Origin: Candidatus Gastranaerophilales bacterium
GTDB lineage: Bacteria; Cyanobacteriota; Vampirovibrionia; Gastranaerophilales; Gastranaerophilaceae
Direction of reading: 5' to 3'
Length of the DNA stretch: 64,000 nt
Assembly: GCA_944325105.1 (NCBI GenBank)
Contig: CALUYW010000010.1
Coordinates: forward strand, 6,324 to 70,323
The position numbers were made by a program, and so were the translations under genes. Positions within the stretch are counted from its first letter, which is position 1. Every line of letters starts with the position of its first letter. Under the pieces are notes generated by a model. That model worked only from the letters and a program-made list of their open reading frames with translations, did not search any database and had not been told where the DNA came from. Shown piece by piece: positions 17,593 through 27,038 of the stretch.

Positions 17593-19485
17593 TTATGATT
17601 TAAGTCTGCGTGATTCAATTAAAACCATAAGACAAGAGATATCAGCGGGCTTAACTCCGCCTATTCTAAGCGCTTGAGCCAGAGTTTTGGGGCGAACTTT
17701 GTCGAGTTTTTCTTTTGTTTCGGTTGATATTTGTTTTATTGCAAAATAATCAATATCATCAGGAATATTAATGCGCTCCATTTTATCGGCACTTTCTATC
17801 TGACTTGCCTGACGCTTGATATAGCCGTCGTATTTTATTTTTATTTCCGCCTGTTCAAGAACTTCTCTTTTAAAATACTCGTCGATGTATTCTCCGCAAG
17901 TTTGATAATTTAGTTCAAAAAGCACATCATAGTCAATGTTTGGACGTTTTAGAAGTTCATAAGCGCTTTTTCCGACATCAAGCCCCTCGTTATATTTTGC
18001 AAGAATTTCTTTATTTTCCTGCGTAGGGGAGATTTTTGTATTTTTAAGATTATTTAACTCAAACTCAATTTGTTCTTGTTTTTTTCTAAATCTTAAAATC
18101 ATATCTTCACCTAAAAGCCCGCAGGAATAACCCATTTCCATAAGTCTTTCATCAGCGTTATCCTGTCTTAAAACAAGTCTATACTCGCTTCTTGATGTTA
18201 ACATCCGATAAGGTTCGTCCAGGTCTTTTGTAACTAAATCATCAATAAGCGTACCAATATAGGAATTAGCGCGCGTTAGTTCAAGATGATTTTTATTTTG
18301 CAGATAATTAACCGCATTGATACCCGCTACAAGCCCTTGAGCTGCGGCTTCTTCATATCCTGAAGTACCGTTTATCTGACCTGCAAGGAAAAGTCCTTTT
18401 ATTTTTTTTGTCATTAAAGAATAATCAAGCTCAAGAGCGCTCACTGAATCATATTCAACCGCATAAGCAGGTTTTATGACAGATACATTTTCTAATCCCG
18501 GAAGAGAATGCAGCATATCAAATTGCACCTCAATAGGCAAACTTGTGGAAAATCCCTGTACATAAACTTCATACGTATCTTTTCCCTCAGGTTCAATAAA
18601 AATATGGTGCGAGGGGTTTTGCGCAAAGCGGACTACCTTATCTTCAATACTTGGGCAGTATCTCGGGCCTCTGCCGTGAATTAAACCCTGATAAAGCGGT
18701 GATTTATCAAGATTAGAGCGAATAATTTCATGGGTTTTTTGAGTTGTTTTTGTTAAATAACAAGGCAGTTGTTCTCTTATTGGTCTGTTTGGTTTAAAAG
18801 AGAAAAAATTTGGCATGTTATTTATTACTTTATCAGGCGGCTGAATTATTAATTTTGAATAGTCTATTGTTCTGCCGTCAACTCGAGCAGGTGTGCCTGT
18901 TTTTAGTTTTTTTATTTTAAGTCCGTGCTCTTCAAGACTTTTAGATAATCCTATAGCTGCTCTTTCTCCTAACCTGCCTGCACTAAAGGATTTTAGGCCA
19001 ATATAAATTTTACCCTCTAAACTTGTTCCTGTTGTTAAAATTACTGTCGGTGCAAAATATTCAAGTCCTAATTCATCTCTTACACCCTTTATAGAGTTAT
19101 TTTCAACAATAATTTCCGTTATTTGAGTTTGTTTAAGAGAGATATTTTCTTCCTTTTCTAGGAGATTTCTAAAATATCTCATATACTCTTTTTTATCTGA
19201 TTGAGCACGCAGAGCACGCACCGCAGGGCCGCGGGAAGAGTTTAGCATTTTTAGCTGCACATATGTATTATCTGCAGCATCTGCCATAACACCGCCAAGA
19301 GCGTCGATTTCTCTTACAAGATTTGACTTTGCAGGGCCGCCTATAGCAGGATTACAGGGCATAAGACCGATATTATCAAGGTTTAGCGTACAAAATAATA
19401 CCTTTGCACCAAGGCGGGCAGCACTTACTGCTGCCTCAATTCCTGCATGACCTGCGCCAACTACAATTGTGTCAAACTTAAACAT
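17593..19485 (-). CDS. mnmG: tRNA uridine-5-carboxymethylaminomethyl synthesis enzyme MnmG (GidA)
   Basis: 630 aa. It has the FAD motif VVGAGHAGIEAA and full-length GidA-like sequence. Confidence 0.95.
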   Translation of the reverse strand: MFKFDTIVVGAGHAGIEAAVSAARLGAKVLFCTLNLDNIGLMPCNPAIGGPAKSNLVREIDALGGVMADAADNTYVQLKMLNSSRGPAVRALRAQSDKKEYMRYFRNLLEKEENISLKQTQITEIIVENNSIKGVRDELGLEYFAPTVILTTGTSLEGKIYIGLKSFSAGRLGERAAIGLSKSLEEHGLKIKKLKTGTPARVDGRTIDYSKLIIQPPDKVINNMPNFFSFKPNRPIREQLPCYLTKTTQKTHEIIRSNLDKSPLYQGLIHGRGPRYCPSIEDKVVRFAQNPSHHIFIEPEGKDTYEVYVQGFSTSLPIEVQFDMLHSLPGLENVSVIKPAYAVEYDSVSALELDYSLMTKKIKGLFLAGQINGTSGYEEAAAQGLVAGINAVNYLQNKNHLELTRANSYIGTLIDDLVTKDLDEPYRMLTSRSEYRLVLRQDNADERLMEMGYSCGLLGEDMILRFRKKQEQIEFELNNLKNTKISPTQENKEILAKYNEGLDVGKSAYELLKRPNIDYDVLFELNYQTCGEYIDEYFKREVLEQAEIKIKYDGYIKRQASQIESADKMERINIPDDIDYFAIKQISTETKEKLDKVRPKTLAQALRIGGVKPADISCLMVLIESRRLKS

Positions 19486-19486
19486 T

Positions 19487-19918
19487 TTACTTTAATATTG
19501 CAAGAACAGCTTGAGTTACATCAACTCCGCCTGCTACAACAGAACTTTTATTTAATACAACATCAAGTTTCTTTTGAACTCTAACTTGTTCTACTGCTGT
19601 GCTGATTTTTTTTGTCAAATCAATTTCATATTTATTTCTTGTAGCAAGATAGTCTTTTTGTCTTTTTTCAATTTCGGCCAAAGCGGTTTTTCTGATATTA
19701 GCTTTTTGAGCGGCTGTTTTTGCATTTGCTACTTCTTTATCTTTTTGTGCCGTGTAATTTTTAATGTTATTCACTTTATTATTCAGGTCGGTTGTATATT
19801 TTTTTGCAAGAGGGTAAGTTTTTGAAATAGTGTCATAATTAACATAGCCAATGCCTGCAGCATTTGAAGCAAGTGTTAAAAACATAAAACTCATAATTGA
19901 AAGTACTATTTTTTTCAT
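19487..19918 (-). CDS. OmpH/Skp-family periplasmic chaperone
   Basis: 143 aa. It has a signal peptide and a Lys-rich helical core typical of Skp/OmpH. Confidence 0.7.
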   Translation of the reverse strand: MKKIVLSIMSFMFLTLASNAAGIGYVNYDTISKTYPLAKKYTTDLNNKVNNIKNYTAQKDKEVANAKTAAQKANIRKTALAEIEKRQKDYLATRNKYEIDLTKKISTAVEQVRVQKKLDVVLNKSSVVAGGVDVTQAVLAILK

Positions 19919-19936
19919 TATTTTCTCCTTTTATTT

Positions 19937-20866
19937 TTAGAGTATTCTTTTTGCACCCTCATTGTCAAGAGGTAGTGAATAAAACTGTGTATTTACGTTT
20001 ATATCATTCCAAGTAGAAGACACAATGTCTTTAACTTCTCCTATATTTGCCCCGCAAGACACAACTCCTATGGCAGGCCCTGCACCGCTTAAAAAGCAGC
20101 CTATAACACCTTTTGTGTGTCTTAAATTATCCATAATCGAACTTAAACCGGGGACGAGTTTTTTTCTGTATGGTTGGTGCAATTTATCTCTCATTGCTAT
20201 TTTTAAAAGCTCACTGTCATGAGTATGCAGTGCTTCTATAAACATAGCAGAGTGTCTTAGATTATACGCTGCATCCTTAAGAGCCACTTCATTTGGCAGT
20301 ACGGAGCGAGAAATTTCTGTTGCAAGTTCATAATCGGGAATACAAACAGTTATTTTCCAATCATCATACCAAGGCAGTTTGCGATAAACTACACTGCCGT
20401 CTTCTTCCCAGCTGGATATTGTTACACCGCCTTTAATAGCAGGGGTTATGTTGTCCGGATGTCCTTCAATTTCTGTTGCAATAGACAATAAAACGGCTTC
20501 ATCAGCAGGGTTTCTCAACAATTCATTTGCTGCCATTAAACCACCTACAATAACCGAAGCGGAAGAACCAAGTCCGCGCGCCACAGGTATTTGAGTTTTT
20601 ATTGTTATTTTCATCTCGTCGGGGGTTTGACCGATATAACTGTATAAAAGCTCAATTGCTTTATATACAATATTATTTTTATCTGTCGGTATATTTAAAA
20701 CTTTTTCCTGATTTTTTTCATCTATTATATTAATTTCAACTCCGGAACCGGGCAGAACCGTTTCTTCTACAATAACAGTATTATATATAGGAAGAGCTAA
20801 ACCAAGACAGTCAAAGCCGCAGCCGAGATTTGCCATTGTAGCCGGAACTTGAATACCTACTTTCAT
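19937..20866 (-). CDS. thrB: homoserine kinase
   Basis: GHMP kinase motif PVARGLGSSASVIVGG and N-terminus VPATMANLGCGFD. I start at ATG 20866, directly after the dnaN stop; the ORF-track start at 20899 overlaps dnaN. Confidence 0.9.
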   Translation of the reverse strand: MKVGIQVPATMANLGCGFDCLGLALPIYNTVIVEETVLPGSGVEINIIDEKNQEKVLNIPTDKNNIVYKAIELLYSYIGQTPDEMKITIKTQIPVARGLGSSASVIVGGLMAANELLRNPADEAVLLSIATEIEGHPDNITPAIKGGVTISSWEEDGSVVYRKLPWYDDWKITVCIPDYELATEISRSVLPNEVALKDAAYNLRHSAMFIEALHTHDSELLKIAMRDKLHQPYRKKLVPGLSSIMDNLRHTKGVIGCFLSGAGPAIGVVSCGANIGEVKDIVSSTWNDINVNTQFYSLPLDNEGAKRIL

Positions 20867-20868
20867 TT

Positions 20869-22005
20869 TTACCTCACTTGAACAGGCATAATCAAGCAAA
20901 CATAAGAATCATCTTTTGTTTCATCTTCGTTAGATGGTTTAAACAAAGTAGCACTGAGGCTAGTTGTGATTTCTATTTTTACTTTTTTAGTGTCCATATT
21001 TTTTAAGCTGTCTAAAACGTATTTATAGTTAAAAGCTATAATTATTTCATCAAAATTACTGTCAACGTCGATAAAGTCTTTACCTGAACCGGCGTCGGGA
21101 GAATCCGTACTTAATTCAAGAGAATTTTGATTGAAAGAAAATTTTATAATGTTTGTGCGCTCGTTTACCATAACACAAACTCTCTCTATAACCCCTATGA
21201 GCTCTTCTCTGTCAATGTAGACAATTTTATCGTTATTTGTAGGGATTAACTGCTGATATTTAGGATATGTTCCGTTTATAAGTTTTGATTGAAAAACTAC
21301 ATCTTCAAAGTCAAAACGTATTTTTGCTTTTTCAAGTCTTATAGTTACTTTTTCATCTTCTATGATAGATGAAATTCTAATGAGCTCTTGTAGTGTTCTT
21401 GAGGGAACAATAAAAATCGCACTGTCATCTTTTGAATTAATTTCTTTTGATGCACGGGTTAAGCGATTACCGTCTGTTGCAACGATTTCAAGAGTATTTG
21501 AATCAATATTAAAACACACACCCGATAAAACACTTGCACTCTCATGTAGTGCTGCAGAGAACACCACTTGTTTAACCCCTTTTATAAGAGTATTTTTGTT
21601 TATTTCAAATGATTTTTCATTTTCTTCCAAAATTTCTTCATCAAAGACTCTTGGAAATTCGTTTGCACTTATTCCTATAAGTTCAAATTTTGCCTTACCA
21701 CAGCTTATTGTAACTATGTTGTTATCAGGGTTTAGAGAAAGAGTAATAGGCTTGTTGTCAAGTTTTGTTGTAATTTCTCCAAGTCTTTTTGCACTGAGAG
21801 TTATTTTACCTTCTTTTGTAACTTGAGCTTTTACTTTGTGACTTATTGATAAGTTTAAATCTGTTGCACAAAATCTTACCCTGTCGTTTGATACCGTTTC
21901 AATTAATATATTTGAAAGAACAGGCTGCGTACCTTTTTGTGCGGTAATTTTTTCAACAACTTTAATTCCGTTCAAAAGCTCTTCTTTATTTAAGATAATT
22001 TCCAT
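20869..22005 (-). CDS. dnaN: DNA polymerase III beta sliding clamp
   Basis: 378 aa with three-domain clamp-like sequence. The N-terminus LLNGIKVVEKITAQKGTQPVLSNILIE is typical of DnaN. Confidence 0.9.
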   Translation of the reverse strand: MEIILNKEELLNGIKVVEKITAQKGTQPVLSNILIETVSNDRVRFCATDLNLSISHKVKAQVTKEGKITLSAKRLGEITTKLDNKPITLSLNPDNNIVTISCGKAKFELIGISANEFPRVFDEEILEENEKSFEINKNTLIKGVKQVVFSAALHESASVLSGVCFNIDSNTLEIVATDGNRLTRASKEINSKDDSAIFIVPSRTLQELIRISSIIEDEKVTIRLEKAKIRFDFEDVVFQSKLINGTYPKYQQLIPTNNDKIVYIDREELIGVIERVCVMVNERTNIIKFSFNQNSLELSTDSPDAGSGKDFIDVDSNFDEIIIAFNYKYVLDSLKNMDTKKVKIEITTSLSATLFKPSNEDETKDDSYVCLIMPVQVR

Positions 22006-22151
22006 ACTCTTCCCTTTTATATTTTATATTAATTATATTATAAAAAAATAATAATACATAATAATACAATAACTTTTGTGCAAAACTCCAAAAACCCTTA
22101 TAAATACTGATATTTTACCTGTTCAAAACTCTTGATATTTTTGCACAGTTT

Positions 22152-22814
22152 TTAACAGGCAAGAGTAAAACAAATAATGTTATCATAAGAGGCTTTTTTA
22201 AGCTCACAAACTGCCTCATTTAAGGTTGCACCGGTGGTTGTAAGGTCGTCTATAAGTATTATGGTTTTATCTTTATATTTTTTATTTAACCTGACTTTAA
22301 AGGCGCCACGCACGTTTTGAGCCTTTTTATCCGCTCTTATTTTATACTGAGGAGTAGTATTTTTTGTTTTTTTAATGATACTAAAATCAGCCTTAATGCC
22401 CGTCAGATAGGAAAACTCTTTTAATATAAGTTCCGTATGACAATAACCGCGCTGAAAAATCCTAAACTGGTGGCTTGGAATACATACCAGTACTGAGTTT
22501 TTAGGATTTAGATTTAAGTCATTTTCCCTGCACACCCGTTTAAAGTATTCAAAAAGCAAAGAGGCAGCGGGTTTTGCAGCACTTTTTCTTTTATTGAATT
22601 TAAAATTTCTGATTAAATTTTTTATGGTGCTTTCATATCGAAAAGCACAAAAAATATTAACACCCTGAACTTTTCTCTGTGCAAAAGGTGATAGTTTTTG
22701 AACAGATTTTAAACAGTTTTTGCACAGAATTTCATTTGTTTTTGAACAGCCGCAGACAACACATTTTTGTTTGTATATTAAATCTGCGAACTGTTCAAAA
22801 AAATCTTTTAGCAT
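22152..22814 (-). CDS. comF: ComF-family phosphoribosyltransferase-domain protein
   Basis: 220 aa. It has an N-terminal double CxxC (CVVCGC...CKNC) and the PRT motif IILIDDLTTTGATL. Confidence 0.82.
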   Translation of the reverse strand: MLKDFFEQFADLIYKQKCVVCGCSKTNEILCKNCLKSVQKLSPFAQRKVQGVNIFCAFRYESTIKNLIRNFKFNKRKSAAKPAASLLFEYFKRVCRENDLNLNPKNSVLVCIPSHQFRIFQRGYCHTELILKEFSYLTGIKADFSIIKKTKNTTPQYKIRADKKAQNVRGAFKVRLNKKYKDKTIILIDDLTTTGATLNEAVCELKKASYDNIICFTLAC

Positions 22815-23587
22815 TATTTACCCACAATACCGTCAAGCGGAGAAGAAGCGCTTGCATAGGCTTTTTTTGGTATTCTGCCTGCTTCATAAGCGCATCTTCC
22901 TGCCATAACTCCGTATTTAAAAGCTTCAGCCATTTTTACAGGGTCATCAGCTTTAGCTATTGCAGTATTAATAAGGCAAAAATCAGCTCCCGCCTCCATT
23001 ACAAGAGAAGCATCAGAGGGAACGCCGATTCCCGCGTCAACTACAACAGGAATATTTGCCTGCTCGATTATTATTTTTATATTTTCTAAAGTTTTTACAC
23101 CCTGACCTGTTCCAATAGGGCTCGCTAGTGGCATAACAGTAGCACAGCCTACTTCTTCAAGTCTTTTTGCCAAAATCGGGTCTGCGTTAATGTAGGGAAG
23201 AACGCAAAAACCCTCTTCAACAAGTTGTTTTGCAGCTTCAAGTGTTGCAATAGGGTCAGGAAGTAAAAATTTAGGGTCAGGTATGACTTCAAGTTTTATC
23301 CAGTTATTTATACCCATTGCCCTTGATAATCTTGCAATTCTAAGAGCTTCATCGACCGTTGCACACCCTGCAGTGTTAGGCAAAAGCCAGTATTTATTTG
23401 TGTCAATATAATCCATTAAACCAACGTGCCCTTGAGCGTTGTCGTTAACTCTTCTTATTGCAACAGTTACAATTTCAGCTCCCGAGGCGTTGTGAGCCTT
23501 TTGCATAGTTTCAAAATCATCAAACTTACCCGTGCCGACCATAAGGCGGGAAGTAAATTCTCTATCGCCAATTTTTATTTTTTCCAT
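22814..23587 (-). CDS. thiG: thiazole synthase
   Basis: I start at ATG 23587 ([22 protein letters not shown]), which follows GGGAGGG. Full ThiG-like sequence, including KLEVIPD and LPYI. Confidence 0.93.
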   Translation of the reverse strand: MEKIKIGDREFTSRLMVGTGKFDDFETMQKAHNASGAEIVTVAIRRVNDNAQGHVGLMDYIDTNKYWLLPNTAGCATVDEALRIARLSRAMGINNWIKLEVIPDPKFLLPDPIATLEAAKQLVEEGFCVLPYINADPILAKRLEEVGCATVMPLASPIGTGQGVKTLENIKIIIEQANIPVVVDAGIGVPSDASLVMEAGADFCLINTAIAKADDPVKMAEAFKYGVMAGRCAYEAGRIPKKAYASASSPLDGIVGK

Positions 23588-23647
23588 TTTTAAACCCTCC
23601 CGTCTTAATTTTAAGCCAAAAATAAAATTTTGTAGTAGTATTAGTGT

Positions 23648-25069
23648 ATGAAAACAATTTTTGAAAAAGATAAAGCTCTTCACTCTAAACCTTTATTTAA
23701 GGGTGAAATTGAGTTTAATAAAAGAACATCACCTCTTAATTTGCCTGATATGTCAGAACTTGAGGCAATGAGGCATTTTAAAGAGCTTTCTGACAGAAAT
23801 TTTTGTGTAGAAAAAGGGTTTTATCCTCTCGGTTCTTGTACTATGAAATATAACCCAAGGGTAAACGAGCAAGTTGCAAGAGATGAAAATTTTCTAAATC
23901 TACACCCCTTGCAGTCTGATATTGACTCTCAAGGTGCTCTTGAGATTATGTATGATTTAGAGCAAATGCTAAAAATCATTACAGGAATGGATGCTATTAC
24001 TCTTCAGCCATGCGCCGGTGCTCATGGTGAGTTTTGTGCAATGAGTATAGTAAAAAAATATTTTTTACAAAAAAATGACCTTAAAAGAAAAAAAGTCATA
24101 ATCCCCGATAACGCCCACGGCACTAACCCGATGAGCGCTAAGATGAACGGTTTTGACTGTATTGAAGTAAAGTCTGATGTATCAGGCGGGGTTGATATAA
24201 AAGAGCTTGAAAACATTATAAAAACCTATGGTGATGAGATTGCAGCCATTATGATGACAAACCCTAATACTTTAGGGCTTTATGATGAAAATATTTTAAA
24301 AATATCTGATTTAATGCACAAAAACGGTTCATTACTTTATTATGACGGGGCAAATCTTAATGCTGTTATGGGTCATACAAACCCTCGCTTAATGGGTTTT
24401 GATATAGTTCACCTTAACTTACACAAGACTTTCTCTACTCCGCACGGCGGCGGCGGCCCCGGGGCAGGCCCGGTTGGAGTTGTTGAAAAATTAAAAGACT
24501 ATCTGCCGACTCCTACAATTGAGTTTGACGGGGAAAGATATTTCAGAAATTATGATAAACCTTATTCTATAGGCAAAGTAAGCACATATTACGGTAATTT
24601 TTCCGTACTTGTAAAAGCCTATACTTATATTTTAATGATGGCAAAAGACTTAAAAAACGCAAGCAAGGATGCTGTTTTGTGCGCTAATTACATAAAAGAA
24701 AAACTGAAAAAATACTATAAACTTCCATACGACAGAGTTTGTATGCATGAGTTTGTTTTGTCGGGAGATTTGCAAAAAGAAAAAGGAGTTTCAACTCTTC
24801 AAATTGCAAAGAGATTAATGGATTCAAACTGTCATCCGCCAACGGTTTATTTCCCTTTAATTGTCCATGAGGCAATGATGATTGAACCTACAGAAAGCGA
24901 ATCTAAGGAAATTTTGGATAATTTTATAAACACTATGATTGAAATTGCAAAAGAAGTTGATTCAGACCCTGAAAGTTTTATAAATTATCCTTCAAAAACA
25001 CCTGTATCTAAGGCTGATGAAACTCTTGCGGCAAGACATTTGAATGTAAAATATGAATTTAACAACTGA
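23648..25069 (+). CDS. gcvPB: glycine dehydrogenase (decarboxylating) subunit 2
   Basis: 473 aa. Motifs GSCTMKYNP and the PLP-lysine motif [16 protein letters not shown]. It is located about 22 kb from gcvT-H-PA. Confidence 0.93.
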   Translation: MKTIFEKDKALHSKPLFKGEIEFNKRTSPLNLPDMSELEAMRHFKELSDRNFCVEKGFYPLGSCTMKYNPRVNEQVARDENFLNLHPLQSDIDSQGALEIMYDLEQMLKIITGMDAITLQPCAGAHGEFCAMSIVKKYFLQKNDLKRKKVIIPDNAHGTNPMSAKMNGFDCIEVKSDVSGGVDIKELENIIKTYGDEIAAIMMTNPNTLGLYDENILKISDLMHKNGSLLYYDGANLNAVMGHTNPRLMGFDIVHLNLHKTFSTPHGGGGPGAGPVGVVEKLKDYLPTPTIEFDGERYFRNYDKPYSIGKVSTYYGNFSVLVKAYTYILMMAKDLKNASKDAVLCANYIKEKLKKYYKLPYDRVCMHEFVLSGDLQKEKGVSTLQIAKRLMDSNCHPPTVYFPLIVHEAMMIEPTESESKEILDNFINTMIEIAKEVDSDPESFINYPSKTPVSKADETLAARHLNVKYEFNN

Positions 25070-26102
25070 AGATTTTAACTACAATTTACCGGATGAACTT
25101 ATTGCAAACTATCCTTTAAAAAAGCGTGAAGATGCAAGAATGATGGTTTTACACAGGGATAGTAAAACCCATGAGCACAAGCACTTTTTTGATATTGTTG
25201 ATTATTTAAAAAAAGATGATGTGCTTGTTTTAAATAATACAAAGGTATTTCCCGCAAGAATAATAGCAAAAAGAGCTACAGGCGGAGAGGTTGAGGTGTT
25301 TTTACTTAACCCTGAGGGCAAAGACAACAGATGGTTTTGTCTTATGAAGCGCTCAAAAAGGGTGAGGGAAGATGAAATACTAAGTGTAAGTGACGATTTT
25401 AAAATTAAAGTAATTAAAAAAGATATAGAAAACTCTAAAGAAGGTGACCTGCCAAAAAACCTTGTAGAGCTTATATTTAGCGCAAATAATGTTTATGAGA
25501 TTTTAAATAAATACGGCTCAATTCCTCTGCCTCCATATATTCAAAGAGAGGCAACAGCGGATGATAAAGAAGATTATCAGACTGTTTTTGCAAAAGTAAC
25601 CGGCTCTGCTGCAGCGCCGACCGCGGGACTGCACTTTAGCAGAGAGATTTTAGAAGAAATTGAAAAAAAAGGTGTGAAAATAGTCTATGTTACGCTAAAT
25701 GTGGGCTTGGGGACGTTTTTGCCCGTTAAAACAAATGATATAACAAAACACAAAATGCACCATGAAAGCTTTGTAATACCAAAAGAAACAGCAGATACAA
25801 TAAACTCTGCCAAAGGCTCTGTTGTAGCGGTTGGAACTACCGTTTTAAGAACATTAGAGGCAACATATAAAAAACACGGAAAAATTGTTCCGACACAAGA
25901 TGAAACGGATATTTTTATTTATCCGCCATATAAAATAAAATCAATAGATAAACTCATTACAAATTTTCACCTGCCAAAATCAACCCTTATAATGCTAGTA
26001 AGCGCTTTTGCATCAAGAGAGTTTGTGCTTGACGCATATAAGGAAGCAATAAAAGAAAAATACAGATTTTTCAGCTATGGTGACTGCATGTTAATTGAAT
26101 AG
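25053..26102 (+). CDS. queA: S-adenosylmethionine:tRNA ribosyltransferase-isomerase
   Basis: 349 aa. Motifs FNYNLPDELIANYP, PLPPYI and FFSYGDCMLI. Confidence 0.95.
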   Translation: MNLTTEDFNYNLPDELIANYPLKKREDARMMVLHRDSKTHEHKHFFDIVDYLKKDDVLVLNNTKVFPARIIAKRATGGEVEVFLLNPEGKDNRWFCLMKRSKRVREDEILSVSDDFKIKVIKKDIENSKEGDLPKNLVELIFSANNVYEILNKYGSIPLPPYIQREATADDKEDYQTVFAKVTGSAAAPTAGLHFSREILEEIEKKGVKIVYVTLNVGLGTFLPVKTNDITKHKMHHESFVIPKETADTINSAKGSVVAVGTTVLRTLEATYKKHGKIVPTQDETDIFIYPPYKIKSIDKLITNFHLPKSTLIMLVSAFASREFVLDAYKEAIKEKYRFFSYGDCMLIE

Positions 26103-26702
26103 TTATTCTGAAGTTACAAACTTAACCAGCTCGTCTTGCCAGCCTGTGTCTTTTTCCAAAAACATATTTGCACCGCGATTTAGACATTTTACCTTGTGCT
26201 CACCCTTGGTAGATGCCGTTATTACAACAATTTTTGTTTTTAGGTTGTTTGCTACAATTACTTTTTTTGTTTCATCAAGGAGTAAAAAACCCTCTCTTTC
26301 CGTTGAAACAAATAAATCCATAACGATAAAATCATAAACAGTTTTTCTTATAAGTTGAGCTGCGGAATAGATGTCTTTTGCCGTATCTACTTCAAAACCT
26401 ATTTTTTGAAACAGTACTTTTAGTTGATAAGTAACGACGCCAATATCATCTACTACAAGGATTTTTTTCTTCTCGCCAAAACCTGCAAGAGCTAAATCTC
26501 TTTGCCAGTCTGCTTCCGAGTATTCAACCTCGTTTGTCTCCTGAGGAACAATATCCAATGACTCAGCGTCACTTAATTTTTTTTGAATTACACAGAGTGC
26601 AAGTTTAATAGTCTCGTCACTGATTGTTTCAGGTTTGTCAATTTCAGCTATTTTATAAATTAAATCTATTGTTTCTTTTTGTATTACAACTTGCTCACTC
26701 AT
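26103..26702 (-). CDS. response-regulator receiver protein with an N-terminal extension of about 85 aa
   Basis: The REC domain reads ILVVDD ... FIVMDLFV ... VITAST ... FLEKD, so all phospho-acceptor residues are present. It overlaps the fliN 3' end by 8 nt. Confidence 0.8.
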   Translation of the reverse strand: MSEQVVIQKETIDLIYKIAEIDKPETISDETIKLALCVIQKKLSDAESLDIVPQETNEVEYSEADWQRDLALAGFGEKKKILVVDDIGVVTYQLKVLFQKIGFEVDTAKDIYSAAQLIRKTVYDFIVMDLFVSTEREGFLLLDETKKVIVANNLKTKIVVITASTKGEHKVKCLNRGANMFLEKDTGWQDELVKFVTSE

Positions 26703-27036
26703 GAATTTTTAGGCCCTCATCAACGGTATCGGTTATTCTAAGACCGAAATTGTCTTCAATAATTACAACTTCTCCTCTGCCTATTAATTTTCCGTTTACC
26801 AATAAATCAATAGGCTCTGCGGTTTTATTTTCTAATTCTATAATTGAACCTTTTGTAAGTTCAAGAATTTTTTTAAGACTCATATCAGTAGAGCCCAAAA
26901 TCGCACTTAACTCAAGCTCTACATCCATTAAAAGACCCAAAGTACTGCCCGATGACGTGTCTTGCTGAGTTTCGATTGGACGCTCAACATTTTCAAATTT
27001 GCTTAAATCAAGATTTTTAGGTTCTTTGTCAGGCAT
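26695..27036 (-). CDS. fliN: flagellar motor switch protein FliN
   Basis: 113 aa. The SpoA-like domain reads LLMDVELELSAILGSTDMSLKKILELTKGSIIELE...LLVNGKLIGRGEVV. Confidence 0.85.
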   Translation of the reverse strand: MPDKEPKNLDLSKFENVERPIETQQDTSSGSTLGLLMDVELELSAILGSTDMSLKKILELTKGSIIELENKTAEPIDLLVNGKLIGRGEVVIIEDNFGLRITDTVDEGLKIHE

Positions 27037-27038
27037 TT

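Noticed and set aside
23588-23647. Expected TPP riboswitch upstream of thiG, and a glycine riboswitch upstream of gcvPB or gcvT.
   Set aside because: The thiG-gcvPB spacer is only 60 nt and lacks the CTGAGA / ACCTGA-type TPP core. gcvT starts 12 nt after alr. No candidate structure is present.
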